Origin: Candidatus Latescibacterota bacterium
GTDB taxonomy: Bacteria; Latescibacterota; UBA2968
Reading direction: 5' to 3'
DNA length: 64,000 bases
Assembly: GCA_965204745.1 (NCBI GenBank)
Contig: OZ242010.1
Span: 4,000,001-4,064,000 of the forward strand
Shown here: positions 28,623-38,776 of the stretch, in pieces
Position numbering within the stretch: the stretch's first letter is position 1
Layout of the letters: each line of letters begins with the position of its first letter
Position numbers and translations under genes: made by a program
Notes under the pieces: model-generated
Seen by the model: only the letters and a program-made list of their open reading frames with translations
Told to the model about the DNA's origin: nothing
The model's database searches: none

Positions 28623-30503
28623 ATGGTCGAACTCGAAATGGAAGACATAGCAGAATCCGCATTGGGCGAACTCACGGAAATCGAATCGATTGCCATTCGC
28701 TTTGCAGGGGACTCGGGCGACGGCAGCCAACTCATCGGCAAGGAATTTGCCAACACCTCGGTCATTGTCGGCAACGACATCAGCACCCTGCCGGACTTTC
28801 CCGCGGAAATCCGCGCGCCCGCAGGCACCTTGCCCGGGGTGAGTGGGTTCCAAATCCGCATTTCCAGCGAAGACATTTTCACGCCCGGAGACGAGCCGCA
28901 AGTGCTCGTGGCGATGAACCCGGCCGCGCTCAAAGCCAATGTGCAAGATCTGCCAGATGGCGGCATCATCATCGCCAATACGGACAATTTTACGCGCAAC
29001 AACCTCCGCAAGGCGGGCTACGACAGCGACCCGCTCGAAAACCACGCGCTCGCCAATTACCGCGTGGTCAAAGTGCCGCTGACCACCTTGCACAAAGCCG
29101 CTGTCGCGCACGTCGAGGGCCTGACCAATCGGCAAATCGACATGATGAAAAACTTCTTCGCGCTCGGCCTGTCCTACTGGATTTTCGACCGCCCGCTCGA
29201 CCCGACCGTTCGCATGTTGAAAAAGAAGTTCCACGGCAAATCCGAAATCATCGACGGCAATGTGAGCACCCTCAAAGCCGGGTACAATTTTGGCGAAACC
29301 ATGGAGGAATTTCAGGTTCAGTACCGCGTCAAAAAAGCCGCTGTTTCGCCCGGCACGTACCGCGCCATCACCGGCACGCAAGCCACGGCCATCGGCATGG
29401 TCACCGCAGCGCACAAGGCGGGCAAGACCCTGTTTTACGGCAGTTATCCCATCACCCCCGCCAGTGCAGTGCTCGAGGAATTGGCCGCCTTGAAAAATTT
29501 TGACGTGCGAACCTTTCAGGCCGAAGACGAAATCTCCGCCTTGGGATCCGTGATCGGCGCGGCATTTGGGGGCGCGTTTGCCGCCACCGGCACCAGCGGG
29601 CCGGGCATCGCGCTTAAAAGCGAAGCGATGAACCTCGCGCTGATGATGGAATTGCCCTTGGTGATTTGCGATTTTCAGCGCGGCGGCCCCAGCACGGGCA
29701 TGCCCACCAAAACCGAACAGTCGGATCTGCTCCAGTGCATGTTCGGGCGCAATGGCGACAGCCCCATCCCCATCGTGTCGCCTGCAACGCCGTCCGATTG
29801 TTTTGACATGATCATCGAGGCGTTTCGCATTGCGGTCGAAACCATGAGTCCGGTCATTTTCCTGTCGGACGGGTACCTCAACAACAGCGCGGAGCCGTGG
29901 AAAATTCCGGATCCGGACGATATTCCGCCCATTCGGATCGCGCACGCAACCGAGCCCACGGGCTTCATGCCCTATTTGCGAGACGCGAGAACCCTCGCCC
30001 GGACCTGGGCATTGCCGGGCACGCCGGGCCTCGAACACCGGATCGGGGGATTGGGCAAAGAAGACGTGACGGGCAATGTGTCTTACGACCCGGACGACAC
30101 CCAGCACATGGCGAACATCCGCGCAGAACGCCTGACGCGCATCGCGGACCGCATCCCGCTCCAGCACGTCATGGGCCCCAAATCCGGGGCCTTGCTCGTG
30201 CTCGGTTGGGGCTGTACCTATGGCGCGATCCGCTCGGCGGTGCGCCAATCCCGGCAGCAGGGCTATTCGGTTGCCGCGGCGCATCTGCGCTATCTCAATC
30301 CGTTCCCCAAAAACCTGGGCGCGATCCTGTCGCGTTACAAAACCATTCTCGTGCCCGAACTCAACATGGGACAGTTGTCATTGCTGCTCAAGGCGCGATA
30401 CCCCGGGCAGCGGATCGTCCCGTTCAACAAGGTTCAGGGCTTGCCCTTCAAAATTTCAGAACTCGCCGGCAAAATTGCCGAAATTCTGGGCACACAAGCG
30501 TGA
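28623..30503 (+). CDS. korA: 2-oxoacid:acceptor oxidoreductase alpha subunit (gamma-alpha fusion)
   Basis: IRFAGDSGDG, PAEIRAPAGT, GSYPITPAS, QAEDEI, TSGPG, QRGGPSTGMPTKTEQSDL; CAGGAGG RBS. Confidence 0.92.
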   Translation: MVELEMEDIAESALGELTEIESIAIRFAGDSGDGSQLIGKEFANTSVIVGNDISTLPDFPAEIRAPAGTLPGVSGFQIRISSEDIFTPGDEPQVLVAMNPAALKANVQDLPDGGIIIANTDNFTRNNLRKAGYDSDPLENHALANYRVVKVPLTTLHKAAVAHVEGLTNRQIDMMKNFFALGLSYWIFDRPLDPTVRMLKKKFHGKSEIIDGNVSTLKAGYNFGETMEEFQVQYRVKKAAVSPGTYRAITGTQATAIGMVTAAHKAGKTLFYGSYPITPASAVLEELAALKNFDVRTFQAEDEISALGSVIGAAFGGAFAATGTSGPGIALKSEAMNLALMMELPLVICDFQRGGPSTGMPTKTEQSDLLQCMFGRNGDSPIPIVSPATPSDCFDMIIEAFRIAVETMSPVIFLSDGYLNNSAEPWKIPDPDDIPPIRIAHATEPTGFMPYLRDARTLARTWALPGTPGLEHRIGGLGKEDVTGNVSYDPDDTQHMANIRAERLTRIADRIPLQHVMGPKSGALLVLGWGCTYGAIRSAVRQSRQQGYSVAAAHLRYLNPFPKNLGAILSRYKTILVPELNMGQLSLLLKARYPGQRIVPFNKVQGLPFKISELAGKIAEILGTQA

Positions 30504-30513
30504 GGAATCCACC

Positions 30514-32055
30514 ATGGCAGACGTCGTTGAAACACTGACTCGCAAAGACCTCGTGTCGGACCAAGAAGTGCGCTGGTGCCCCGGCTGTGGGGACTACGCC
30601 ATTCTCGCGCAAATGCAGCGCGTGTTGCCCGAGTTGGGCATTGCCCGCGAGAACATGGTTTTCGTGTCCGGCATCGGGTGCTCCAGCCGGTTTCCGTATT
30701 ACATGAACACGTACGGCCTGCACACCATTCACGGGCGCGCGGCCACGGTGGCGACCGGTCTCAAGGTCGCCAACCCGGACCTGCACGTTTGGGTGATCAC
30801 CGGCGACGGCGACAGCTTGTCTATCGGCGGCAATCACCTGTTGCATGTGCTGCGCCGCAATGTCAACCTCAGCATCCTTCTCTTCAACAATGCGATCTAC
30901 GGCCTGACCAAGGGGCAGTATTCGCCCACGTCGCCGCCGGGCACGCGCACGTATTCCTCGCCCATGGGGTCCGTGGAACAGGACTTCAACGCCATCTCGG
31001 TTGCCCTTGCCGCCGAAGCCACGTTTGTGGCCCGCACAGTGGATCGCAACACCAAGCACATGGCCGAGATCCTCAAGCGCGCGACCGAACACCGGGGCAC
31101 GTCCTTTATCGAAATTTACCAGAATTGCAATATTTACAATGACGGCGCGTGGTTTTTCGCCACCCAAGCCGACGTCAAGGACGACCAAACCGTGATTTTG
31201 GAACACGACCAACCCCTGATTTTTGGCAAGGACCAGGACAAGGGCATCCGCCTCAATGGCGTGGCGCCCGAGGTCGTTTCTTTGGGCAACGGAGTGCGGG
31301 AAAGCGACTTGCTCGCCCATGACGAGACTCTGGACGATCCCACGCATGCGTATTTGCTCAGCCGGCTCACGCATCCGGACTACCCGGTGCCGCTCGGGGT
31401 GTTCCGCTGTGTGGACCGGCCGATTTACGAGGAACAGGTAGTCGCGCAGTGCCGCCAAGCCGTGGCCGCGCGCGGCGTGGGTGATCTGCACGCCTTGTAT
31501 CACGCGACCGATACGTGGATCGTTCCCGAAGGCCCGAACGCGGAGACCGTGCAAGAAGTCCACGAAGACCTGCCCACGTCCAATATCATTCCGGATATCG
31601 ACGAGGAAGATCCGCGCGCGCCGCGCACGTCGCTTCAGCAGTTGCTCTACGACCCGATCTCGTCGCTCGACTTGCCCATGCCCGAGTGCGCGTCCGCGGA
31701 TACGTCTGTGGCCGAGGCCATCGAGACCATGCGCGAGAAAAACCTGGGTTGCTTGTTGGTGGTTGACAAGCGCGGCTTGTTGCGCGGCATTTTCGCGCAG
31801 GGCGATCTGTTTGAAAAAGTCGCCGGGCGCGATCTGGATCTGCACCAAACGACGGTGCATAGCTTGATGACCAAAGACCCCACGTCGCTCAAGACGTCCG
31901 ATCCCATCGGCCACCTCTTGCACTTGATGTCGTTGCACGGGTTCCGCCACATTCCCATCGTGGATCCAGACGGTCGCCCCGTGGGCCTGGCGTCCTTCAA
32001 GGTCATGCTCCAATTCACCGGCGGCTTGTTCGCCGACGAAATCTCGCCGAACTAA
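30514..32055 (+). CDS. korB: 2-oxoacid:ferredoxin oxidoreductase beta subunit with C-terminal CBS pair
   Basis: WCPGCGD, SGIGCSSR, HTIHGR, GDGD, NNAIYGLTKGQ; then a linker and CBS pair (VAEAIETM..GCLLVVD..RGIF..LMTKDP..GFRHIPIVD). Confidence 0.9.
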   Translation: MADVVETLTRKDLVSDQEVRWCPGCGDYAILAQMQRVLPELGIARENMVFVSGIGCSSRFPYYMNTYGLHTIHGRAATVATGLKVANPDLHVWVITGDGDSLSIGGNHLLHVLRRNVNLSILLFNNAIYGLTKGQYSPTSPPGTRTYSSPMGSVEQDFNAISVALAAEATFVARTVDRNTKHMAEILKRATEHRGTSFIEIYQNCNIYNDGAWFFATQADVKDDQTVILEHDQPLIFGKDQDKGIRLNGVAPEVVSLGNGVRESDLLAHDETLDDPTHAYLLSRLTHPDYPVPLGVFRCVDRPIYEEQVVAQCRQAVAARGVGDLHALYHATDTWIVPEGPNAETVQEVHEDLPTSNIIPDIDEEDPRAPRTSLQQLLYDPISSLDLPMPECASADTSVAEAIETMREKNLGCLLVVDKRGLLRGIFAQGDLFEKVAGRDLDLHQTTVHSLMTKDPTSLKTSDPIGHLLHLMSLHGFRHIPIVDPDGRPVGLASFKVMLQFTGGLFADEISPN

Positions 32056-32076
32056 AACGCATCGTCACAAAAGACA

Positions 32077-32109
32077 AAAGAACCCGTGAGTTTTGCTCGC
32101 GGGTTCTTT
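32077..32109 (+). terminator. Intrinsic terminator-like hairpin after korB
   Basis: AAAGAACCCGTGAG-ttttg-CTCGCGGGTTCTTT. Confidence 0.6.
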
Positions 32110-32129
32110 GCGTACAAAAGGAGTCTTAC

Positions 32130-33104
32130 ATGAGCGACATTCGCATCGGCATCATCGGCTCTGGCGGCATGGCCCGTCACCACGCCCATGGCTTTTCCCA
32201 AACAGAGGGCTGTGAACTCGTCGCCATCGCCGCGCGAAATCCCGAGACCGGCCCCGCACTCGCCCACGCACACGGCGTGGATTTTTTCCCGACTTATCGG
32301 GAGATGCTCAACCGCGACGACATTGACGCCATCGCGATTTGCACGCACAATAACACGCATGGCGAAATCGCCATCGCCGCGCTCAATGCCGACAAACACG
32401 TCTTGACCGAATACCCCGCGACGCGCACTATCGCCCACGCCCGGCAATTGCTCGCCCAAATCCACGCCTCGTCCCGCGTGTTTCGCGTTGCCCACAACGA
32501 AGTGCTCTCGCCTGCTCACCGCGCGCTCAAGCGACAAATCGCGCAAACCGGGCATCTCGTAATCGCGCTGTTCACCCGCCTCACCCCGAGCCGCGGCAAG
32601 CGTCCCGAAATCCTATTCAACCTCCGCATCTCGGGGCCGCCCGCGCTCTTTTTCGTGTATCACCTCTACCCCATCGTCGATTGCTTTGGCCCTGCCGCTT
32701 GGGTCGAAGCCGCGGCCCACTACGAAAATCTGCGCGACAACGGCGCGTACGACAGCTTTGCAAATGCCGTCACGGTCGGTTTTGAAAACGGCGGCATTGG
32801 GCAATGGAACTGGGCCGGCGGTGTCGAAATTGCCCATGCCGAAGAACATCGCCGCATCGCCATGACGCGGGGCACGCTCATCTATAATGGCACTAGCTGG
32901 CGTTTATCGACAAAATCAGGGGAAAGCGATCTCTTATCAGCCAAACCATCAGACCGCACGATCCACACCCAATTCCGAGACGACATCCGCAATGGCAACC
33001 ACCAATCCGACGCGCGCACGGCCATCAACGCCGCGCTGATCGGCCTCGCCGCAGAGCGATCCACAAAAGAAAACCGCCGCATCGCGCTCTCGGAACTTTT
33101 GTGA
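32130..33104 (+). CDS. Gfo/Idh/MocA family oxidoreductase
   Basis: IRIGIIGSGGMARHH, DIDAIAICT, KHVLTEYP. Confidence 0.88.
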   Translation: MSDIRIGIIGSGGMARHHAHGFSQTEGCELVAIAARNPETGPALAHAHGVDFFPTYREMLNRDDIDAIAICTHNNTHGEIAIAALNADKHVLTEYPATRTIAHARQLLAQIHASSRVFRVAHNEVLSPAHRALKRQIAQTGHLVIALFTRLTPSRGKRPEILFNLRISGPPALFFVYHLYPIVDCFGPAAWVEAAAHYENLRDNGAYDSFANAVTVGFENGGIGQWNWAGGVEIAHAEEHRRIAMTRGTLIYNGTSWRLSTKSGESDLLSAKPSDRTIHTQFRDDIRNGNHQSDARTAINAALIGLAAERSTKENRRIALSELL

Positions 33105-33183
33105 ATCCAACGACAATTGACAGGTTGAATTGCTTCGGGTATTATTGAGGTCAAAGTATCGCCATCATCAAAGCGGAGGCCGC

Positions 33184-33486
33184 ATGACAATGACACTCGA
33201 AAAAATCAAACTGATCGCCCATCCTGCTTGTCGGGAATTTGGGGTGAAGAGATTGGATCTTTTTGGTTCTTTGAGCCGAGGCACAGCAACCGCCGATAGC
33301 GATGTGGATTTAATCGTGGAATTTGAAAACCCGGATATCCATCCTTCAAAAAGATTTTTCGGGCTTCTTCATCGCCTTGAAGATGAATTGCAATGCAAAG
33401 TCGATCTCCTGACGATCCCCGGACTCAAGAACCCATACTTTCGCCGCAGCATCCTCAAAGAAAGGATCAACATCTATGGAAAATAA
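33184..33486 (+). CDS. MNT (minimal nucleotidyltransferase) antitoxin
   Basis: LFGSLSRG....SDVDLIVEF, KVDLL; overlaps the downstream DUF86 gene. Confidence 0.88.
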   Translation: MTMTLEKIKLIAHPACREFGVKRLDLFGSLSRGTATADSDVDLIVEFENPDIHPSKRFFGLLHRLEDELQCKVDLLTIPGLKNPYFRRSILKERINIYGK

Positions 33487-33727
33487 AATACTCAAATACC
33501 TGTCCGATATCAGAGATGCGGTCTCTGCAATTCTCAAATTTGTCGAAGGCAAAACCTATGAGGACTACCGAGAAGACGACCTGCTGATAAGCGGCGTCGA
33601 GCGGAAATTTGAAATTATCGGCGAGGCTTTGAACAGAATCAAGCGAAGTAGCCCTCAAGTACTGGATAAAATACACGATCACCGCAGTATCATCTCATTC
33701 AGAAATATCAATGAGCGAAGCGAATAA
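33476..33727 (+). pseudogene. HepT-like (DUF86) ribonuclease toxin, truncated
   Basis: KYLSDI..A, VERKFEIIGEA, IISFRN, then it runs into a repeat fragment at 33709 and lacks the His of the R-X4-H motif. Confidence 0.8.
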
Positions 33728-33808
33728 CGGGGGCCGGGGGGATAGGGCTATGGCGGCGGGGCGGTGAGGGGACTGACTACTGACTACTGACTACTGACTA
33801 CTGACTAC
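33709..33808 (+). repeat. Fragment of the MITE-like repeat plus (GACTACT)n heptamers
   Basis: CAATGAGCGAAGCGAATAACGGGG matches 10276-10299, followed by GGGGGATAGGG and a TGACTAC array abutting the leuS stop. Confidence 0.8.
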
Positions 33809-36241
33809 TTAAACCACGATGTTGATCAACCGATTGGGAACGACGATGACCTTCTTCGGCGCATTCCCGCTTGTATGAGCGCGAACATTGGGTTGATCCA
33901 ACGCCAGCCGCTCGATATCCTCCTGTGCAACATCGACCTCGACAGCGATGCGAGCGCGAACTTTGCCATTGACCTGAATCGGCATCTCAATCGTCGCCGG
34001 GCGTGCGGTTGCCTCATCCCATTGCGGCCATGCCTGGTCGTGAACGCTGTAGTCGCCTCCGATGCGCGCCCACAGTTCTTCGGACAGGTGCGGCGTAATC
34101 GGGGCCAAGAGCAAGACCAGGGCCTCAATCGCTTCTCGCCACGCATCCGTATGCCCAACCGGCGTGTTCTTGGCCGCGGACAACCCATTGCCAAACGTCA
34201 TCAGCGCGGCCAGCGCGGTATTAAACGCAAAGGACTCGAAATCTTCGGACACCTTGCGGATGGTCTGATGCGTCAACCGGCGCAACTCAGCCTCGGCCTT
34301 CTGCGAGGATTTGCCCCTTGCCGGGGGGGCATCGTCAACGACGATGCGCCACACCCGGTTCAAAAACCGCGGCATGCCCTCCATGCCGGACGAACTCCAC
34401 GGCCCGCCTTGCTCCCACCGGCTCAAAAACATCATATACGCCCGGATGCAATCCGTTCCATACTTTTCGATCAAATCGTCGGGATTGATGACATTCCCGC
34501 GCGACTTGCTCATTTTTTCGTGGTCTTCACTCAGCACAACGCCCTGATTGAACAAGCGCGTCATTGGCTCGTCGTCACTGACGAGATCCATATCGCGCAG
34601 GGCTTTGGTGAAAAAGCGCGTGTAGAGCAAATGCATGGTCGCGTGTTCGATCCCGCCCGTGTATTGATCCACGGGCAACCAATAGTCTGCCTCGTGCGGG
34701 GCAAAGGGCCCGGCGTCGTACTGCGGGCTTAAATAGCGATATTGATACCATGACGAACACATAAACGTATCCATCGTATCCGTTTCGCGTTGCGCCTGTG
34801 AACCACATCTCGGGCAGGTCGCGTGCAAAAAACCCTCGTGGTGCTTGAGAGGGGATTCGCCCGTGGGCAAAAACTCCGCGTCATCGGGCAACAGCACGGG
34901 CAAATCGCGCAGGGGCACGGGCACAGTGCCGCAGGCATCGCAATAAATAATCGGAATCGGACAACCCCAATACCGCTGTCGGGAAATCAACCAATCGTGC
35001 AGGCGATAATTGACCGTGCGCTCGCCAATCCCCCGCGCTTCCAAATCATCGGCCACACGCGCCATGCCCTCGGACGAAGACGATCCCGTAAAACCCCCGG
35101 AGTTCACCATGCGCCCGGCACCGGTGTACGGCAGGTCATAGACATCCCTATCGCCTGGCGCGATCACGACCGGAACCGGCAACGCGTACTTTTTCGCAAA
35201 ATCAAAATCCCGATCATCGTGCGCGGGCACGCCCATAATGGCACCCGTGCCGTATTGCGGCAACACGTAATCCGCGACGTAAATCGGCACTTCCGCGCCG
35301 TTCATCGGGTTGATCGCATAAGCCCCGGTGAAAACCCCGTCCCTATCCCGGTCCAAAGAGAGCCGATCTTTTTCCGTCTGCCGATCCGCCGCGGCGCAAT
35401 ACGCTTTCACAACTGCGCGCTGATCGGGCGACGTGATCGCATCGACCAACCGGTGTTCCGGGGCCAAAACCGCGAAGGACACCCCGAAAATCGTATCGGC
35501 GCGGGTGGTGAACACGCGGAATGACGCCGATGAATTTTTGACGCGCATTTCAAATTCAACGCCCTCGCTGCGGCCAATCCAATTCTCTTGCATGGCATGC
35601 ACCCGGTCGGGCCAGGCGACTTTAGAAAAATCGAGCAATTCCTCGGCGTATTGGGTAATTCGAAACAGCCACTGGTCGAGGTTCTTCTTGATCACGGGCG
35701 TATTGCACCGCTCGCAATGCCTGTCCTCTCCCCAAACCTGTTCGCGGGCCAGGGTCGTATTGCACTTTGGGCACCAGTCCACCGGGGATTTTTTTCGATA
35801 CGCCAGCCCATTGGCGTAAAATTTGAGGAACAACCACTGCGTCCACTTGTAGTAGTCGGGCAAACAAGTGATGATCTCGCGTTCCCAGTCGAACATCGCG
35901 CCCATCGTCTTCAGTTGCCCGCGCATGTGTTCCACGTTGTCCATCGTCCATTTGGCCGGGTGAATCCCGCGTTGGATGGCGGCGTTTTCAGCGGGCAGGC
36001 CAAACGCATCAAACCCGATGGGAAACAACACGTTGTACCCCTTCATCCGCATGTACCGCGCGCGCACATCCGGCGGCACCAGGGCGTACCAATGCCCAAT
36101 GTGCAGATCGCCCGAGGTGTAGGGCAACATCGCCAGCGCGTAGTGCTTGGGCCGTTTGGGGTCAATTTCGCAGCGGTACAGCGCGGAATCCTTCCAGCGT
36201 TGCCGCCATTTTTTTTCAATTTCAGCAAACTCGTAAGCCAT
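33809..36241 (-). CDS. leuS: Leucine--tRNA ligase
   Basis: MLPYTSGDLHIGH (HIGH), GFDAFGLPAENAA, DWLISRQRYWG, KMSKS, QVNGKVR. Confidence 0.97.
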   Translation of the reverse strand: MAYEFAEIEKKWRQRWKDSALYRCEIDPKRPKHYALAMLPYTSGDLHIGHWYALVPPDVRARYMRMKGYNVLFPIGFDAFGLPAENAAIQRGIHPAKWTMDNVEHMRGQLKTMGAMFDWEREIITCLPDYYKWTQWLFLKFYANGLAYRKKSPVDWCPKCNTTLAREQVWGEDRHCERCNTPVIKKNLDQWLFRITQYAEELLDFSKVAWPDRVHAMQENWIGRSEGVEFEMRVKNSSASFRVFTTRADTIFGVSFAVLAPEHRLVDAITSPDQRAVVKAYCAAADRQTEKDRLSLDRDRDGVFTGAYAINPMNGAEVPIYVADYVLPQYGTGAIMGVPAHDDRDFDFAKKYALPVPVVIAPGDRDVYDLPYTGAGRMVNSGGFTGSSSSEGMARVADDLEARGIGERTVNYRLHDWLISRQRYWGCPIPIIYCDACGTVPVPLRDLPVLLPDDAEFLPTGESPLKHHEGFLHATCPRCGSQAQRETDTMDTFMCSSWYQYRYLSPQYDAGPFAPHEADYWLPVDQYTGGIEHATMHLLYTRFFTKALRDMDLVSDDEPMTRLFNQGVVLSEDHEKMSKSRGNVINPDDLIEKYGTDCIRAYMMFLSRWEQGGPWSSSGMEGMPRFLNRVWRIVVDDAPPARGKSSQKAEAELRRLTHQTIRKVSEDFESFAFNTALAALMTFGNGLSAAKNTPVGHTDAWREAIEALVLLLAPITPHLSEELWARIGGDYSVHDQAWPQWDEATARPATIEMPIQVNGKVRARIAVEVDVAQEDIERLALDQPNVRAHTSGNAPKKVIVVPNRLINIVV

Positions 36242-36254
36242 TAAAAACAACTCC

Positions 36255-37550
36255 TCAAGGATATAATCGTTGCAACAGTCGGGGAAATGGAATGGTCTCG
36301 CGGACGTGGGGCAACCCACAAACCCACGCGACCGTGCGCTCAATACCCAATCCAAAGCCAGCGTGCGGCACCGACCCGTAGCGTCTCAAATCGAGATACC
36401 ACTGAAGCGGCGCCTCGTCGAGACCGTGTTGGGCGATCTTCCGCCGCAAGACCTCCAAATCGTCCTCGCGCTGCCCTCCGCCGACGATTTCGCCATATCC
36501 TTCTGGGGCCAACACATCCATGCACAATGCCAGATCGGGATTTTCCGCATCTCCCTTCATGTAAAACGCCTTACAAGCCGCTGGATACCGATGCACGATC
36601 ACGGGCCTATCGTGGGCATTGCCCAGCACGGTTTCGTCCTCCGCGCCAAAATCATCGCCCCAGGTGTGATCGCACCCCGCGGTTTTCAGCATGGCATGGG
36701 CATCCGAATACGAGATTCTCGGAAACGGCTTTTGCACCCGCTCTAAGGCCGCGGTGTCGCGTTGCAAATACTCAAGTGCGGATCGACACGTTTCGAGCAC
36801 CTGTTGCACCACGTAGCAAATAAAATCCTCGGCCAAATCCATATCGCCCGCCAAGTCCATATAGGCCACTTCTGGCTCGACCATCCAAAACTCGGTCAGA
36901 TGCCGCCGGGTCTTGGATTTTTCCGCCCGAAACGTCGGTCCAAAACAGTACACCTTGCCAAATGCCATAGCCGCGGCTTCCATGTACAACTGCCCGCTCT
37001 GCGTCAAATACGCCTGCTCGTCAAAATACGCGGTCTCGAACAACGTGCTGCTGCCCTCGCAAGACGACGGCGTAAAAATGGGCGCGTCAATCAGCACAAA
37101 GCCATTGTTGTCGTAATACGCGCGGCAGGCTTTGACGATCTCGGAACGCACGCGCAAAATCGCGTGTTGCCGCGACGAGCGTAGCCACAAATGCCGGTGG
37201 TCCATCAAAAATGCCGTGCCGTGCGCTTTGGGGGTGATGGGATAATCCACTGTCCGATGCACGACTTCGAGGTCGCGCACCCCAATTTCAAACCCAATCG
37301 GGGACCGCGCATCGGCCCGAACCTCGCCCACCACGCGCAACGCGGATTCCTGTCCGATGTCCGCGGCCCGTTCAAACACCTCGGCCGACACATCGCCCAT
37401 GAAGACCACGCATTGCACTGTGCTGGCCCCGTCTCTGACTTGCAGAAAGTGCAATTTCCCACTGGAACGCTTGTTGTACAGCCAGCCCTCTATCGCGACT
37501 TCCCGACCTTCATAAGCGCGGATGTCGTTTATTCTGATGGTGTCTGGCAT
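36255..37550 (-). CDS. asnS: Asparagine--tRNA ligase
   Basis: [64 protein letters not shown]. Confidence 0.96.
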   Translation of the reverse strand: MPDTIRINDIRAYEGREVAIEGWLYNKRSSGKLHFLQVRDGASTVQCVVFMGDVSAEVFERAADIGQESALRVVGEVRADARSPIGFEIGVRDLEVVHRTVDYPITPKAHGTAFLMDHRHLWLRSSRQHAILRVRSEIVKACRAYYDNNGFVLIDAPIFTPSSCEGSSTLFETAYFDEQAYLTQSGQLYMEAAAMAFGKVYCFGPTFRAEKSKTRRHLTEFWMVEPEVAYMDLAGDMDLAEDFICYVVQQVLETCRSALEYLQRDTAALERVQKPFPRISYSDAHAMLKTAGCDHTWGDDFGAEDETVLGNAHDRPVIVHRYPAACKAFYMKGDAENPDLALCMDVLAPEGYGEIVGGGQREDDLEVLRRKIAQHGLDEAPLQWYLDLRRYGSVPHAGFGLGIERTVAWVCGLPHVRETIPFPRLLQRLYP

Positions 37551-38706
37551 CGTTCCTCCTAGCTACAAATGCGGAAAAGTCCCGTGCAACGCGGATGTGC
37601 TGTGGCGTCAAAGTCGGAAAATCGACCAAAAGCTCGGCCTCTGTCATTCCCCCATCTAAGTACTCCAATACGTCATAGACGGTTATTCGGGTGCCTTTGA
37701 AGCAGATCTTGCCGCCGCGAACACCAGGTCGGGGATCGAGGTAGTCTTCAAAGCGCATTTTGTTGCGATACCTCGCGGCCTTCTCCTTTGAATGCTTTTG
37801 GTCTCCCATCCGTGCGATATCCCGGTGTCCATACTCGCGTATCCTCCGGGCAAAACCCGCGGCTTCCGCAAGGTCGATCCACTTCTTTTCATGGGTGACT
37901 ACGACGTGGTCATCATCGGTTGAGTAGAGAAAGAAATCTATGTCCCCACTGTCGTTCTTATCGGGCAATAGGCCCTCTGTCATGAGGCGGAGCAAGTAGT
38001 GCTTGTACATCTGGGTGAAGCACGCCACCTTGGGAATAGCGGCGGCGAGTTCCTTCGCCCTCTGCTTGGAGACTGCGCGGAGATCGTCTTTGTCCGCTTT
38101 GGCGAAGGCACGCATTTGGCAAGCGGATATAACTCGGGTAGATAACTCTTCCGACTTCATCCCGTTGAGAAATTTCGCCTTCTCATCGCCTCGCAACTTA
38201 GGCACAGATGAAGACCGTTTTTTTGGATCCTTGGCATACCATTTTTGAAACCCGGGAATGATCTCTTTCATCAGCGAGATGAGATCATCCACCCATTTTT
38301 GCTCGACCTTCTCGCGCCCTGTCATCGCACGCGATACATTCAAGTTCCGCCAAACGCGATGTTCGTAGTCCGGTACGCCGCTTTGAGCCTCCTCGAGATT
38401 CTCGGCTTTCGCCAAGGCGCGAACAGCGTCAGCAAAAGAGGGCGCAGGCTCTGCCAATTTGTAGCCAAATACCATCGTCAGATGCGATTCGGGGTCTGGA
38501 AGCTCCTCTATCCCGTGCTCGAGAATGGCATTAGCCGCGGCCTTGCGGTCTTCAAACGACCTCTCATTGAGTTTGGATACCAACTCGAGGACCGAGATGG
38601 GCGAGTAAAAAAGCCGCTCTCCGGGTTGCCGGATGTCCTCAATGCTGACGTGATTCAATCCTATGTCGTAGAGCACATGCGTCTCGAGGATTACTTTTTT
38701 CGCCAT
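37510..38706 (-). CDS. PIN-like domain protein fused in frame to C-terminal DUF433
   Basis: N-terminal [33 protein letters not shown] (PIN-like). C-terminal [35 protein letters not shown] (DUF433). Confidence 0.65.
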   Translation of the reverse strand: MAKKVILETHVLYDIGLNHVSIEDIRQPGERLFYSPISVLELVSKLNERSFEDRKAAANAILEHGIEELPDPESHLTMVFGYKLAEPAPSFADAVRALAKAENLEEAQSGVPDYEHRVWRNLNVSRAMTGREKVEQKWVDDLISLMKEIIPGFQKWYAKDPKKRSSSVPKLRGDEKAKFLNGMKSEELSTRVISACQMRAFAKADKDDLRAVSKQRAKELAAAIPKVACFTQMYKHYLLRLMTEGLLPDKNDSGDIDFFLYSTDDDHVVVTHEKKWIDLAEAAGFARRIREYGHRDIARMGDQKHSKEKAARYRNKMRFEDYLDPRPGVRGGKICFKGTRITVYDVLEYLDGGMTEAELLVDFPTLTPQHIRVARDFSAFVARRNDARHHQNKRHPRL

Positions 38707-38776
38707 GTCATGCTCCTATTTGTTCAATGCCTTGGAGAGAGAACGCGGTAATTTGCAATGATCGCGGGGGCATGGC

